Below the pieces are notes generated by a model, which saw nothing but the letters and a program-made list of their open reading frames with translations, was not told where the DNA came from and ran no database searches. A stretch of 63,665 nt of DNA, the filler included, from Olpidium bornovanus S191 (Eukaryota; Fungi; Olpidiomycota), in assembly GCA_017911155.1 (NCBI GenBank). It is 31 parts of 31 records of this genome, joined end to end, with 100 filler letters (N's around TTAATTAATTAA, not from the genome) between each part and the next. Parts side by side here need not be neighbours in the genome. Positions count along the whole stretch, not along the records: positions 1 to 3,714 come from JAEFCI010001428.1; positions 3,815 to 4,905 come from JAEFCI010005522.1; positions 5,006 to 6,471 come from JAEFCI010007174.1; positions 6,572 to 8,386 come from JAEFCI010003156.1; positions 8,487 to 11,383 come from JAEFCI010000149.1; positions 11,484 to 13,929 come from JAEFCI010002427.1; 25 more parts are not named here. One strand, written 5' to 3'. The stretch's first letter is position 1. Each line of letters begins with the position of its first letter. A program made the position numbers and the translations under genes. Of this stretch, positions 1 through 11,946 are shown piece after piece.

Positions 1-152
1 AAGAGAGGAGAAGAACTTTTCTCCTCGCGGTTCCTTTTTTGTTTTTTTTTTGTCTGGTTTTTGTGTAACGTTTAGTCTCTGCAAAAAAAAAAATAAAAAA
101 ACACCACCCACACCAAAAAACACACAGCGGCCCCCCCAACTTTTTTTCAAAA

Positions 153-199
<47 letters not shown>

Positions 200-372
200 C
201 AAAGCAAAACGGGATCAACCGCCAAGGGCGGCTTGAAAATACGGGGAGAGAGAGAAGGGGAGCGAGAGAGAGCAAGATTCGTTATATTTTCCGTTTCTTT
301 CCTGTTCTCTTTGCGCACGCCCTTCCAGGACCATTTTTTTTTTCCGCAATATTTCTCGCCAGGGATGCATGC

Positions 373-423
<51 letters not shown>

Positions 424-1621
424 AAAAAAAATGAAAAATGAAAAATGAAAAATCTGAAAAATAAAAAATTTTAAACCGGAGCACATCAGGGGAAACCCCT
501 CCACGGGGAGAACCAGCCCACGCGCGAGGTTCGTCCGGCGCGCAGCTGATGCCGAGGCCGTGTTGGCGCGAATCCTACCCGAACGGCCGCTTCCGCGCGC
601 GTGAGGCGAGAGCCGTCTGGATGTTCCTCCCGCGGGAGGCGTGAGAGCTTTCTCGGGGTTTTGCGCATCCGGTCGGGGACCGGCGCTGGAAGTGCTTTGG
701 TGACGAGGTCAGCGCGGGTTGCCCGTAGGCTTCACGCGCTGCAGGTCAATCTCAAACCCGGATGATGCCGGCCGCGTTTGCAAACCCGTCGGGCAGCCTC
801 ATTCGCCAGGCGATTAAAAGGCCGAAGCTTGGAGACCCCTGTCTCAGCTGGTGCCGTGCGTGGGTCCGAATGCATCGTAAAGGAGGATATTCAGCTGGTT
901 GGCGCCATCAACAATTTCTTCTGCACTCTGCGTTGGGAAGGTTGACTCGTCGAACAAGCAGATATCGCCAAACGAGCAAGCGGCAACGCGCCAGATGCGG
1001 GATCCAAGTGTGCGGCGCCACACCAGCACGGACAGAACAGGTGCAGCCGCCGGGTAGCCGGTCCTAAGCAAGCAATTTGTCGCACCACCCGCGGGATGCT
1101 CGAATGGGCCCTTAGTCCCGGCGTTCATATCCGGTTGCCCGACGGTCACCCGCTGTCCGGCTCGCCCGCGAGCGAGGCGGCCGCGGGGAAACGGGCAACC
1201 GGCGAGGAGCGAACGTCACAGCGAGCTGCTCCCAGCAGCGGAAACGGCGACGGCGGGTCGACGAGGTGGCGAACAGCCGAACGCTCCGGCTCAGCGCGGC
1301 GAACGAGCGAGCAAGCGCACGAGCGCGGCGAACGCGCGGGCACGGCGAGTATTCTCTTAGGGAGTTTGAGACTTCTTAGAGACTTCTTCAAAGAAGCAGC
1401 GGCCGAGAGGCTTCGCGCGACAGGCCAAAGAAAGGGTCGCACGCGACGGGCACCGACGGCGAACGCTTCGCGCGGAGGAGGAGAGCGCGGGAGCAGGCGA
1501 AGGACAGGCGACGGCGGCGCCCCCGCCGCCCGGTGGCGCCGAGGCGGCGGGCAACGGCGGCAGCAGAAGCTGCGCGCAAGGCCCGGAGGGAGCAAGGTGA
1601 CGCGCGTGGGTTTGGCGTTTG

Positions 1622-1631
1622 GTCACGTGAC
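1622..1631. promoter_or_regulatory. Palindromic E-box GTCACGTGAC (Cbf1/USF/CLEAR-type bHLH site)
   Basis: Perfect 10-bp palindrome ~85 nt upstream of the ATG at 1717; the same motif precedes other genes in the window. Confidence 0.5.
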
Positions 1632-1716
1632 TTTATTGTTTTCTCCCCTTTTCCCGGTCGCGCGCGCGCGGGGGGCGCGCCGACGCCCCCGCGCGCGAGA
1701 CGAGCGCAGCGGACCA

Positions 1717-3714
1717 TGGCGGCGACCAGGCTCGTTTTAGGGGAGCTGCCGAGCGCCCCCGGCCTCTACGACTTTTTCCCGTACACTCAGACCGTCTACT
1801 ACGACGGGCAGCGCTTCTACCCGGCCGGGCCGTCCGCCACCGCCTCGCGTTCGCAGTCCTCCGCTCCGCCGCCGGTTTCCGCTGCCGAGCAGCAGCAGCA
1901 GCAGCCGCAGCAAGCGGCGTCATCTGTTTGCGGCAACCACCGGGCCGCCGCTCCCCGCGCCGGCGAGCTGTCCTTCGCCCGCAGCTCGACGCCGCGCTCG
2001 CTTGCGGCGGAGGCGAAGACGTCTGCGCCCGTCAACTCCTCCGCCAGTTTGCCGTCCGTCCTCCAACTTCCCGCTCGCGTTCCGGCTGCTGCCTCCGGCT
2101 TCTCGACACTTCCTCTATCCAACGAGACCGGCACGAGCAGGGTCGCCTGCCCGCCCCACGTCTCCCCGCACACCGCCCTTCCGCCTCTTGGAAACGTTCT
2201 AGCCTCCTCACATGGAGCCCCGACGAACAACTGGCTGACTGGGCCACACGGCGGCGTGATTTCAAGGCGTAACTCTTCCGTTGAGGCCGACAACGAGGCT
2301 GGAGAGTCGTCCGACGAGGACGGGTCTGTGGAGGAAGTTGAGTTTAACCTGGGGGACGTCTACCCCGCGCCGTTCCAGTCCAACCTCACTGGTGAGTGCA
2401 CCGGTCGGCGGTGTCTCTGCACTTGGAGTGCTTGGCACGTCCCAATTGGCCTGTTAGAACCAATCGGTGAAATCGTTTTGCTTCGCTGCTTTCCATTGCG
2501 ATTGCAAAGAGGAACAGCCACGTCCGTCGCAACCGCCCAGGAAGGACACGCAACTGATCGACATTCCTGGTAAGATGTTTACGGGCAGTAGAAAGGCCTT
2601 TAATGCGGCACATTCATTTCTTTGCGCATTATTGTGCGTCGCTCAGCTGCCATAGATAAGCCGAGCGCAGACCGCCGGACCTCAGCCACTTCCGGTTTGT
2701 CCGATATAATTGCCTGTAGCGATTATTGTACCCTGGTGAACGAGGCCTTATTCTTAAACATTTTGTAGAACTGTGTACGACGGAGACGACAAAGGACGGA
2801 CGAGCTTTGGAAATCAATCCAGGGCCAGGGCGTTCGTCCGTTGCCGTTACCGATGGTAAAGCTTTGTTTTACCACAAGACCGGAAGGTTATGTGCTTACG
2901 CTGAACATATGTGCCATGCTCATCCCTAATTCAGCACCAAACAAGGCAGGCTTGTTGCCCGCGTCTAAAACGCCCTTGCACGCGATTCCCGTTTGCGCGC
3001 GCAGACCAGCTGGACCTGTCGCTTTAGGGTTTTTGACAGAGCGTGCACTTGAGAATGTGAGGTTCTACCTTTGCATCGACTGACGGAGAGTGTCTTTCTG
3101 GTGCACCGCGCTGAATCTTTTTCATACGTCTTGCCTGTGGATTCAACCAATGCAGGATGCGCAGCCGGATCTGCGCGGGGAGCCTCAGGTGAAGGCACCG
3201 GCGTTGGACAACGGCGTTACGAACGCCGCTGTCGCGACATTGAAATCGAAGCCGCCGGCGCCGCTGCCGTCGGGCACGACCGGAAGACAGAACAGAGCGT
3301 CGTTCGCTGCCGCCTCCACCTCGGTTGGACCGAAAGGCCTTGTCGCAAGCTGCGTTGTGACTGGTAAGCAGCGGATGGGCTTTCCCTTGTCATCCTCGCG
3401 CCGTAAAACGGCGCCTGTTCCGGACGTAGACGGGTGGGGAATGACCGACGACGAGAATTGGGGTTTCCCACCAACAACGTCAAGCAACGTTACGAACAAC
3501 GTATGGGAGACGTGGACCAGTGCCAAGACGTGGGATGCGAATGGATGGGATTCTAAGGCTTCCAGCTTTGAAAGGAAGGACAAGATTAGATGGAGCACCG
3601 ACAGGTCCGGATGGAGCACACACAGGCCCGCGCGGAACAGATCCGGGTGGAGCGCGGACAGAAGCAGGTGGAGCAATGCCGCGGCGCAGGCGAAGGCTAC
3701 CAAAGGGGCGCATG
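1717..3714 (+). CDS. Hypothetical multi-exon protein, 3'-partial: Ser/Pro-rich N-terminus, Trp-rich (GW/SW) segment near contig end
   Basis: Long open frame from ATG 1717 to a GTGAGT donor at ~2392; further GT-AG-bounded open segments; no family recognised and joining of all exons into one gene is inferred. Confidence 0.4.
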
Positions 3715-3814
3715 NNNNNNNNNNNNNNNNNNNNNNNNNNNNNNNNNNNNNNNNNNNNTTAATTAATTAANNNNNNNNNNNNNNNNNNNNNNNNNNNNNN
3801 NNNNNNNNNNNNNN
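3715..3814. other. Artificial contig linker (N44-TTAATTAATTAA-N44); first of 30 such linkers
   Basis: The same ~100-nt six-frame-stop linker recurs 30 times and splits the window into 31 contigs. Confidence 0.99.
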
Positions 3815-4905
3815 ATAATGGAGAACAGGCACGGCAGAGGAAGACAACTTCAAAGCAAAGGAAAGAGCGGGCGATGCCGTTAGTTTATCGTCGGCGGAGG
3901 TCTCGTTCAAAGAAGCAATCGTAATCGGCGCATGAGTTGGATTGAAAACAATCAGCTCAGTGCCAACAGAGGAAAGAAGAGAATTAAGTTCCTCCAACGG
4001 TTTTTGATTGCAGAAAGAAATGCTATCTAGAGAGGAACGAATTGGCCAACGACGACAACAACGTCAAACGGCTGGTGGGCGGGGCGGGGGTCAGGCGGAG
4101 GGTGCGGCCGGTGCAGCTGGTGCGGCCGGAAGCGGAGGAAGAAGCTCAGCGTGAAGGCGGTAGCAGCGGGCCTCGATATGTCCAAACTGCTGGCAATGTG
4201 TGCACTTCGGCCGATTGGGAGCGGCGGCCGAGGCAGGTGCAGGACGAGCGAACACCGGGAGGAGGGGGTTCGTTGCCTCCGGCGAGGCGGCGGGAGCGCC
4301 GGAAGGGGTGCCACAGTCGGCACTTCTCATCGATGCACGAATCGCCAACGGCACAGTGGGGGACGTTGGTGCTCGTACGGGCCGACGGTGCGAGGCGTTT
4401 CCAGCGTTAACTTGATGGCAGGGCCACAGAGGCGGCGGCCACGGGCGCGTGCGAGCAACGAGAGGCCTGCGGGCAAACGGGCTGGGCGGCGACGGAAGCA
4501 AAAGACGGCGCAACTGATGAAGACGACAGCAAAACGGGGGCAAACTGCCGTTGGACGCCAACAGATCGGCGAAGCATGCGCTTGCAGAACATACCCTAAC
4601 GCTTTGCGCGATCATCCCGCAGATGGGCGAACCGATCCTGAAGTCCGCGAAAGAACGCAGGCATCAGGTAATCACGGGCCCATGAATCGATCACCTTTTG
4701 CTGGCGGCAGTGACGATCCGGTCGGAGATGACTCTCCGCGGCGTATTCAATGCACAGGGCGTTCGCTTTCGCGAGATACGCGGCCATGCTTTTGGCGGGC
4801 TCCTGTCGAAGCTGGGCAACCTTGGAAGCGAAAATCTGTTTAGGATTCAATGCGTAGGACAACGCATACAGATTTGCAAGAACGTCAAGGCCTTCCTGGA
4901 GCGTC
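3815..4905 (-). mobile_element. Degenerate LTR retrotransposon gag (probably Ty1/Copia) with CCHC zinc knuckle
   Basis: CTHCQQFGHIEARC (CX2CX4HX4C) at 4163-4204; upstream gag-like helical segment LRQEPAKSMAAYLAKANAL...FFRGLQDRF; frameshifted. Confidence 0.75.
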
Positions 4906-5245
4906 NNNNNNNNNNNNNNNNNNNNNNNNNNNNNNNNNNNNNNNNNNNNTTAATTAATTAANNNNNNNNNNNNNNNNNNNNNNNNNNNNNNNNNNNNNNN
5001 NNNNNCCAGAGGCGGAGAAAGAGAAACCGCCGGACGGCAGACCGCGAACAGGGCGTCGACGGCGAGACTGCTTCGAGCACTCGCGACCTGGCGAATCCAG
5101 GTAAACTGACCCTGGTCCCTCCATGCGCGCACGCACGCATGACCGGGCAGGGTAGACGGGATACCGCATCTGTTTCATATATTACCCGAAAATCTACCGG
5201 GGGGGGGGGGGCTAGGGGGTAAAATACCCGCCGAGCAAAACAGGT

Positions 5246-5829
5246 TTAGCGGCTCTTGAAGTACTCCAGGAGGACGTTCATCGCCTCGCTCTCTTCGCCG
5301 TAGTCCCTGACGACGACGCAGGAGCACGCAACGACCTTGCGGGCGTTGCCCTCGCGGTCGATCTTGCAGAGTCCGGCCCATTCGCCGAGCTTCTTGGCGT
5401 CGGACACCTTGATCAGATTGATGTTGTGCTCGGCGCAGAGGGCCTCCACGAGCTTGATGTATTCCTTCTCCTCGCAGGTTTCGACCAGGACGGCCATGTG
5501 AGCCTGGCGCCTGAAAAACAAAAAGAGCGGACCCGTGATATGATGAACCTCGCTGCCCAACAGAGAAAGAAAGCTTGCGAAGCCCCGAGTTCCCCCTCCA
5601 CCTCTCCCTCCTCCACGCCAACGTTCCGAAATTTCCAGGCGGTTGATATGTCTTACCGGTCAAGAGCCTTGGCGCATTCCCGGAGGCCTCGCGCGAGTCC
5701 GTCGTGGACGAGCGCGCGCTTCAGCACCTCCTGCAGCGCCCCCTCGACGGTCATCTGGCCGCCCCGGGCGGAGCCGGCGGCGACCTCGACCTCCTCAACG
5801 GCCGCGACTTCGTTTCCGGCGTCAGACAT
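5246..5829 (-). CDS. RPS12: 40S ribosomal protein S12 (eS12), complete; exons 5657-5829 and 5246-5510, 145 aa
   Basis: [32 protein letters not shown]...[27 protein letters not shown]; GTAAGA...TTTCAG intron splices in frame. Confidence 0.97.
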
Positions 5830-6326
5830 CGCGAGGTGATTTCAACTGGGGATGACTTCCGCCGTGGCCGGGAGAAAAAAAAAAGCAAGAAAGAACCAAA
5901 ACGCAGGGTTCGTGGCCGGCGCGAAAATGTTAGCACGCGGCCCGTGGAAAACGCGGAACAAAAAAAAAAGAAAAAAAAAACAAACCACACGGCCGAACGG
6001 GAAGAAGGCGGGTGGGGAGGTTCCGCCCGGCCGCCCTACCCGGGACAGCCGACTTCCGGTCTACCCGGACCGCTTTTTTCGGAACTCCAATCGTGACCAA
6101 CTCTCCCAGCGCCGTGGGGGGGGAGCCATAGCAGACGGGGGCGACAAACCACGCAAGGGGCTTCTGCGCGGCGTGAGGACGAGGCGGGAGGCCGGCGACG
6201 GGGGGCGGGGCGGGGCGGGATGGGGGGCAGGACGGGATGGCTGGTGGGGAAGCGGGAACGCACGTGTGAATGGGCGGGGCGCTTCGTTCCAGTCGCGGAC
6301 GAGAGGTCAGCAAACCCCCCTTCTTT

Positions 6327-6371
<45 letters not shown>

Positions 6372-6432
6372 CCCCGGGCCGGGGGTTGTGGGTTGTGTTT
6401 TCCCCTGGGTCCCCCCCCCCCCCCGAAAAAAG

Positions 6433-6465
<33 letters not shown>

Positions 6466-6826
6466 AACCACNNNNNNNNNNNNNNNNNNNNNNNNNNNNN
6501 NNNNNNNNNNNNNNNTTAATTAATTAANNNNNNNNNNNNNNNNNNNNNNNNNNNNNNNNNNNNNNNNNNNNCTCATGACGGGGGGGGTGGTTAATACGGG
6601 GTAACTCTCTTTCCAATGTAATTACACAATAAATTTAAAGTCGAACTTTTAACAATTTAGGACGAATGCAAGATGTGTTTTACATTTGATATTTTTTTTT
6701 TCCAGTCGAAAACACCCGGGGCGTGGGGGCGGGAGGGGAGGGGAAGGGGGGGCAAACACCCCGGGGTATTCTGCCCGCGGATTTTTTTTTCAAAACGGGC
6801 GGGCGGGGACGACGAATGACGACGAC

Positions 6827-6857
<31 letters not shown>

Positions 6858-7119
6858 CGGCGCGGGTGAACGGGCGCCCCGGGGGTGGCCCCCCTCCCCC
6901 CCCTTCTTCCCCCCCCCCCCCCAAAAAAAAAAAAAAAGGACGCGGGGTATGGGGGGGTGGAAGGGGACGGCCGGACGGTGCGCCGTTAACGCGGGCGTCA
7001 AAAAGAAAACCCGGCCGCTGCAGATTTTCGCGGGTCCTCAAGGGCCAGCGCGACCAGCGACCGGGACAAGGAGAGGGCCGGAAAAACCGGGCACCCTCCC
7101 CCCTCCCCCCTCTTCCCCC

Positions 7120-8386
7120 TGTAGAGGATAAAGGGGCAAAATAAAGGGGGAAGCTTAGACACTGCGCACACCAGCCCGCGTTGCCCCTTTGTAGAATCCC
7201 CAGCTCCCGTGGTATAAAATAGGGCTAGAGCAAACTAGTAAACAAACGCCCAGGACACAGAATAAAGTTCTCCTTTCTTCGTCTTCGTCTTCGGCCCGGC
7301 TCCAACAGGTTATGAGCCCAAACCAACGACTCCCTGTCCAAAGCAAAGAAGAGGAAAAGGAAAGGCCAACCATGGAGAGCCGCCAACTCCCGAGACGCAG
7401 CAGCCGACTGCGGCTGCGCGACAAGACCGCAAGTATGCCGGGAGCACTGGCGCGCCCCGAAAGCCACGACGGCGACGCGTCGACGACCTCCCGCCTCTCC
7501 CGCCTATCGGTAGCAGATTCCCTCCGGGTGCTCAAAGAGCGCCACCAACTGGAGGACGAATGGAGACAGCGAGAAAGAAAAATGGAGGACCTCTGTCTGC
7601 GTCTTTCCCGAGCAGAGGAACGCTCCAGAATGCTGGAAGCGGTGCTCGAGGCGCAAGAGGACGAAGGAGAAGGCGTCAGGCCAGAAAAAAAGGACGCGGA
7701 CGCCGACCGCGACCGCAACGAGCAAGCCCGCCAAGAACGTGTCGAGAGATTCCTCCGGGAGGACTTGAGCACACGAAGGCTTCACGGCTGCGCCGAAGAC
7801 GAAGGTGACCCCAAAGAGACCAGAAATGGTCTACTGGCAAGAGCCATGCTGGGGGCGGTCCCCAACTACTCGGGCTCAGGAGGGGCTGCTGCGCTCACGA
7901 ATTTCGCCAGCAAACTTGAGGCTGCTGCGGAACAAGCAAACCTATCAAGCCAAGAAACGCTCGCTCTGGCAAATCACCGCCTGACAGGGCAGGCGGCGAT
8001 ACTGTGGCAAAGCCACGCAAACGAACACTGCCGGGGCGACCCTCACCGCTGGACAGCTGGGAACAACTACGAGAAGAACTGGAACGGCTTTTCTTTCCCC
8101 GCGAGCACCTCCAAGTCGTAATGAACGAACTCATGGAGCTCACACAACGGCGGTGCGACGACGACCTAGAGAAGTACATAGAAACCTTCAACTCCCTGTT
8201 CATGCAACTCCCGAGCCCACCAGACACAAGGCTGTGGACGACAAAGTTCCACAACGGCCTCTCAGGCGACAGAAGAACCTGTGTGTTGACCATGGCGCCC
8301 AATCTCGACGACCTCGGCACAGTCCAAGCGGCAGCCCGACGGGATTTCCGCTTGACGGACAAGCCCAAGGTTCACAACCCTGGACC
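7120..8386 (+). mobile_element. LTR retrotransposon 5' end: LTR (~7120-7307), PBS and Ty3/Gypsy-type gag with one frameshift
   Basis: TG...CAACA LTR with TATA-like and AATAAA motifs; ATG 7372; gag motifs VPNYSG, LTGQAAILW, SWEQLREELERLFFP, ELMELTQ, KFHNGL; frameshift near 8050. Confidence 0.85.
7308..7319 (+). promoter_or_regulatory. Primer-binding site GGTTATGAGCCC (half-tRNAiMet, Ty5/copia type)
   Basis: Directly follows LTR-terminal CAACA; reverse complement GGGCTCATAACC is the initiator tRNA-Met anticodon arm. Confidence 0.85.
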
Positions 8387-8486
8387 NNNNNNNNNNNNNN
8401 NNNNNNNNNNNNNNNNNNNNNNNNNNNNNNTTAATTAATTAANNNNNNNNNNNNNNNNNNNNNNNNNNNNNNNNNNNNNNNNNNNN

Positions 8487-11130
8487 CGCGTCGCCTCCGA
8501 GCGTTTTCGCTCTTCTTCAAAGTCGGCAATCCTCTCCTCCAACGCCGCTCGCTGCGACTGCAGCTCCGCCGCGGAGGCGTTGACCGCGTCTCGCTCGCCT
8601 TCCATGGAGCCGAACTCTTTTATAAGGCCTTCCAGCGCGCGCTCGGCCTCCCGCTTTTCCTTTCTGAGAGCCTCGACCTCCTTTTGCGCCTCAGACTCCC
8701 GGGCGTCCAGGGCGCTGATCACTTTCTCCAAACCGGCAACCCGCTCCCGCTGCTTCTCGAGCTCCCCGGTTCTGCTGGCCAGCTCGGCTTCCAGCCTCTC
8801 GGACTCCGCCGTAGCTTCCTCTACGCGGCGTTCTAACAGCGCGTTCCTGACCTCCACGTCGCCTCGGTCGGCGGACCGCAGCTCCAAACTCTTCCTTCGC
8901 CGGTCCAGGTCATTCTCGGCCTTGATGCGCCGCTTCTTTTCGGACGCCAGTTCGGCGCCCACGGTGCGAAACTTTTCCTCAAGGTCGTCCTTTTCCTTCA
9001 GGACCTCCGCAGCTTCCTTCTCGGCCTCCGATGCCTGAGTTTCGAGAGATCTGATTAGTCTCTCGAGCTCTTCTACCTGCTTCTGGCGTTCCTCGAGCGA
9101 TCTTCGTCTGCTGGTCAAGTCGGCTTTCAGCTTCTCGGCCTCTTCTTCGGTCTCCGCCATGCGGCGCTCCAACTCGGCCTTCTCGGTGGCCGCCTTCTGC
9201 GCGTCATAGGCCGCTCCCCCCACACCGGCAGCCCTCTGCCCCGCGTTCTTCTTCTTTCCCTTCGCCAGCTCCGCCTCGGCTTTGACCCGCCGTTCCTTCT
9301 CGCTCGTCAGTTCGCTCTCCAGGCCGGTCAGCAGGGTCATGCACTCGTCACGCATCTCCGACATCGCCTTCGCGTAGCCCTTGTTCTGCTTTTTCAAGTC
9401 GGCGACCTTCTTCCGAAGGTTGGTAATCGTCGCTACGGCCTCCTCGGGAGGGGGTGTCGTCGGCGGGGAAGAGAGCGCCGACTGCGAGTTCGGGGAAGCA
9501 GCAGATGCGATCGAGGCTTTGCGGTTCTTTAGCTCCCCGCGGAGGTCCCGTTCCCGCGCGGCGCTCTCCTTGATCGCATCTACCGCCTCCTTCAAGTTAG
9601 CTTCCGCCGCCTTGAGGTCGGCCTGGTATTCCAGCTCCTTGACTGAAGCCGAAAACGCGTAAGCGGTTAAGAACAACGCTCAAAAACGGGTGCCGTGGAA
9701 GCGGACAGTGCGTGTCGCGTCGCCAGTGCGGCAGAGATGAGCTCTGCAAAAACCGGCAGAATCTTACTTGAGAGCTCCTCGACATCCATGAGGGCTTTAT
9801 CCCGTTCGGCGGCCAGCGTGCGCTCCACTTCGGCAGCGGTTATCAATCTTTCGAAGACCATGTCAAAAAGCATGTCAGGTCCTTCCGGCACATTCGCTGC
9901 ACCCTCCAGGTAGCTCGCAGCATCCGGCAGCACTTCCAACAATCTTCTCTTCCGCTCCTCTTCCCGCTCCAGGAATTTCCGCTCCGTATCCCGGGAAGAC
10001 AGGGACACCTTGGACACCTTGGACGACAAGTCCTGCAGCGTCTGCGTGTGCTGCTGGACGAGCCGTTGCGTCGCCGCTTTGTGCTCGGCGGCGAAATCAG
10101 ATCGTAAGCGCGACAGTTCCTCCTCGTGCGTCACGTTGACAGACGCCAGGTACTCGGAAAGGAAAGGGTACCTCTGGGACAAGGAGGAAATGTCGGAGGG
10201 TTCCAGGGTCAGCTGGTTGACGGGAGCGCGCAAAGCCTCCCGCACCGGCTTGTCGGATCGACCGGCCATGGATTCGTACGCAGGACTCGGCTGTTCCTGG
10301 GACAGCGGTGCGCGAGCGGCCGACTGGGACGCGGCTGGAGACGATGTCGGCGGTGGGCCGGTAGCTTCCTGCACGTCGCCAGACGCGAACCCGGATTCCT
10401 GAAAGAGCCGGTCCATGTAGTCCTCCGGCTTCGCGGAGACCTCCGGGGGGCGGCCTTCGAGGATGGCGGCGGTTGCGGCCTGGCTTCCCAGCCTGTTGTC
10501 GTATTCCTCGACAGTCTCGTTCGGCCGCCTTCGGGCGCCGCTGCCGGAAAGCGGGGCGCGGGGGTCGTCGGGCGTCGTCTGCAGCTGAGAGTCGAACTCG
10601 GGAGTCGTCGGCGCCGTCCGGGCGGATTGAGACGGCGGCTGCCGCCGCGGCGGGCGGAGCGGCGCGGTCGCGTTGCTGTCGCCGGCGCCGGCAAGCCTGC
10701 GCGGATCGGCGTTCCTCAGCGGCGAGGGCGGGAACGGTGCCAGACCGTCCGGGTCTTTCGGCCGCAAGCTTTCCAGCAGCGGCGGGCGGCGGCTTCCGAC
10801 AGGGGGCGACCCGCGTGGCGCCATCCGGGACACGGCCGGCTTGCCGGGCGCCGGCGCCGACAAACTTCCGGCGGAGAGGCCGCTCCTCGCCTCTGCCGGC
10901 GACGAAAGGTCTGCCGGCGCACGGGAGGTGTCGTCGTACCCGCCGAGAAACGGGACCGACCCGGCGCGGTCGCGCTGCAGCGGTCCCTGTGTGGCGGAGC
11001 GGGCGGACGGCCTTCCTGCCAGCGTCGCCGAACCATAATCGCGCAGGTCCGGGGGCGCTCTCCTGGGGTTCCGCGTCGGTCTCGTCGGGTAGCCGGCGTC
11101 GTCGTTCCTGTTGTAGAGTGGGTCACCCAT
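8487..11130 (-). CDS. Large coiled-coil protein of unknown family, 3'-partial; disordered N-terminus; intron 9643-9767
   Basis: Two long ORFs (487 aa and 413 aa) join in frame through a GTAAGA...TTCAG intron; E/K/R/L heptad-rich C-terminal part. Confidence 0.75.
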
Positions 11131-11326
11131 GCCAAGCGGACATCTGATCCCGCCCTGCCGTCACGCAAAACGGTGCAAAAAACAAAAAGCAGCGAGGTCA
11201 GGAGACAGGGAGAGAAAGCGGGACGGCCATTGCGGACCGCCTAGCGCAGACCACGGGGGGGCAGGGTTCTCTATTTCCTTTCGCCGAAGCCGCGAGCCGG
11301 CCCCGACTTTTTTTGCCGTTTCCCCC

Positions 11327-11371
<45 letters not shown>

Positions 11372-11630
11372 CCGCCCCGCGGCNNNNNNNNNNNNNNNNN
11401 NNNNNNNNNNNNNNNNNNNNNNNNNNNTTAATTAATTAANNNNNNNNNNNNNNNNNNNNNNNNNNNNNNNNNNNNNNNNNNNNCGGTAAAAATGCAGGTG
11501 AACCCTCCCCACTCCTATCAAAACAAAGAGATTCACCGGTGCCCCTCGCCCGGTGACTTTTTACAATGCCGGAGCCATACCCCTCTCCCCTCTCCCCTCT
11601 CCCCCCCCCCCCCCCCACCCCCCCCCCCCC

Positions 11631-11662
<32 letters not shown>

Positions 11663-11946
11663 CGCATTTAATGCACCCATCTCCACGTGGAAAAAGATTG
11701 GAAAATGTACAAATAGAGCAAGCCGCCCGCCAAACACCGTCGTACTGAATCCGACACCACCACCGCCCCCCCCCCACCCCCTCTCAAAAAACACCCTTTC
11801 AACTGCCCACAGCCCACCGCCCAAACCGCCCACCCTCATTATCCCTCCCCCTTGCCACAGACTCGTTCAATCTGACCGGTGATGATTCCGCTTTCCAATG
11901 TCGCAGCCGATCTCGCGGCGAGCAACAAAAAAAAAACCTTGCTCAC

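Noticed and set aside
50-484. Poly-Lys/Phe/Gly/Pro ORFs from the ORF track, here and near 6200, 11500, 13300, 16800, 29100, 34600 and 57100
   Set aside because: These are translations of homopolymer runs, not credible proteins
844-1149. Minus-strand ORF (...SAEEIVDGANQLNILLYDAFGPTH...)
   Set aside because: No recognisable family or convincing splice model; may be UTR of a divergent gene
3715-3814. ORFs ending in XXXX-LIN and the TTAATTAATTAA palindrome
   Set aside because: Linker-derived; the stop cassette is synthetic
5511-5656. Intronic snoRNA in RPS12
   Set aside because: No C/D or H/ACA boxes on the sense strand; the TGATGA seen is on the antisense strand
10126-11244. Long antisense ORFs overlapping real genes (also 11980-12975, 32520-33302, 58392-59507)
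   Set aside because: Expected shadow ORFs of GC-rich coding sequence; Arg/Gly/Ala-biased with no motifs
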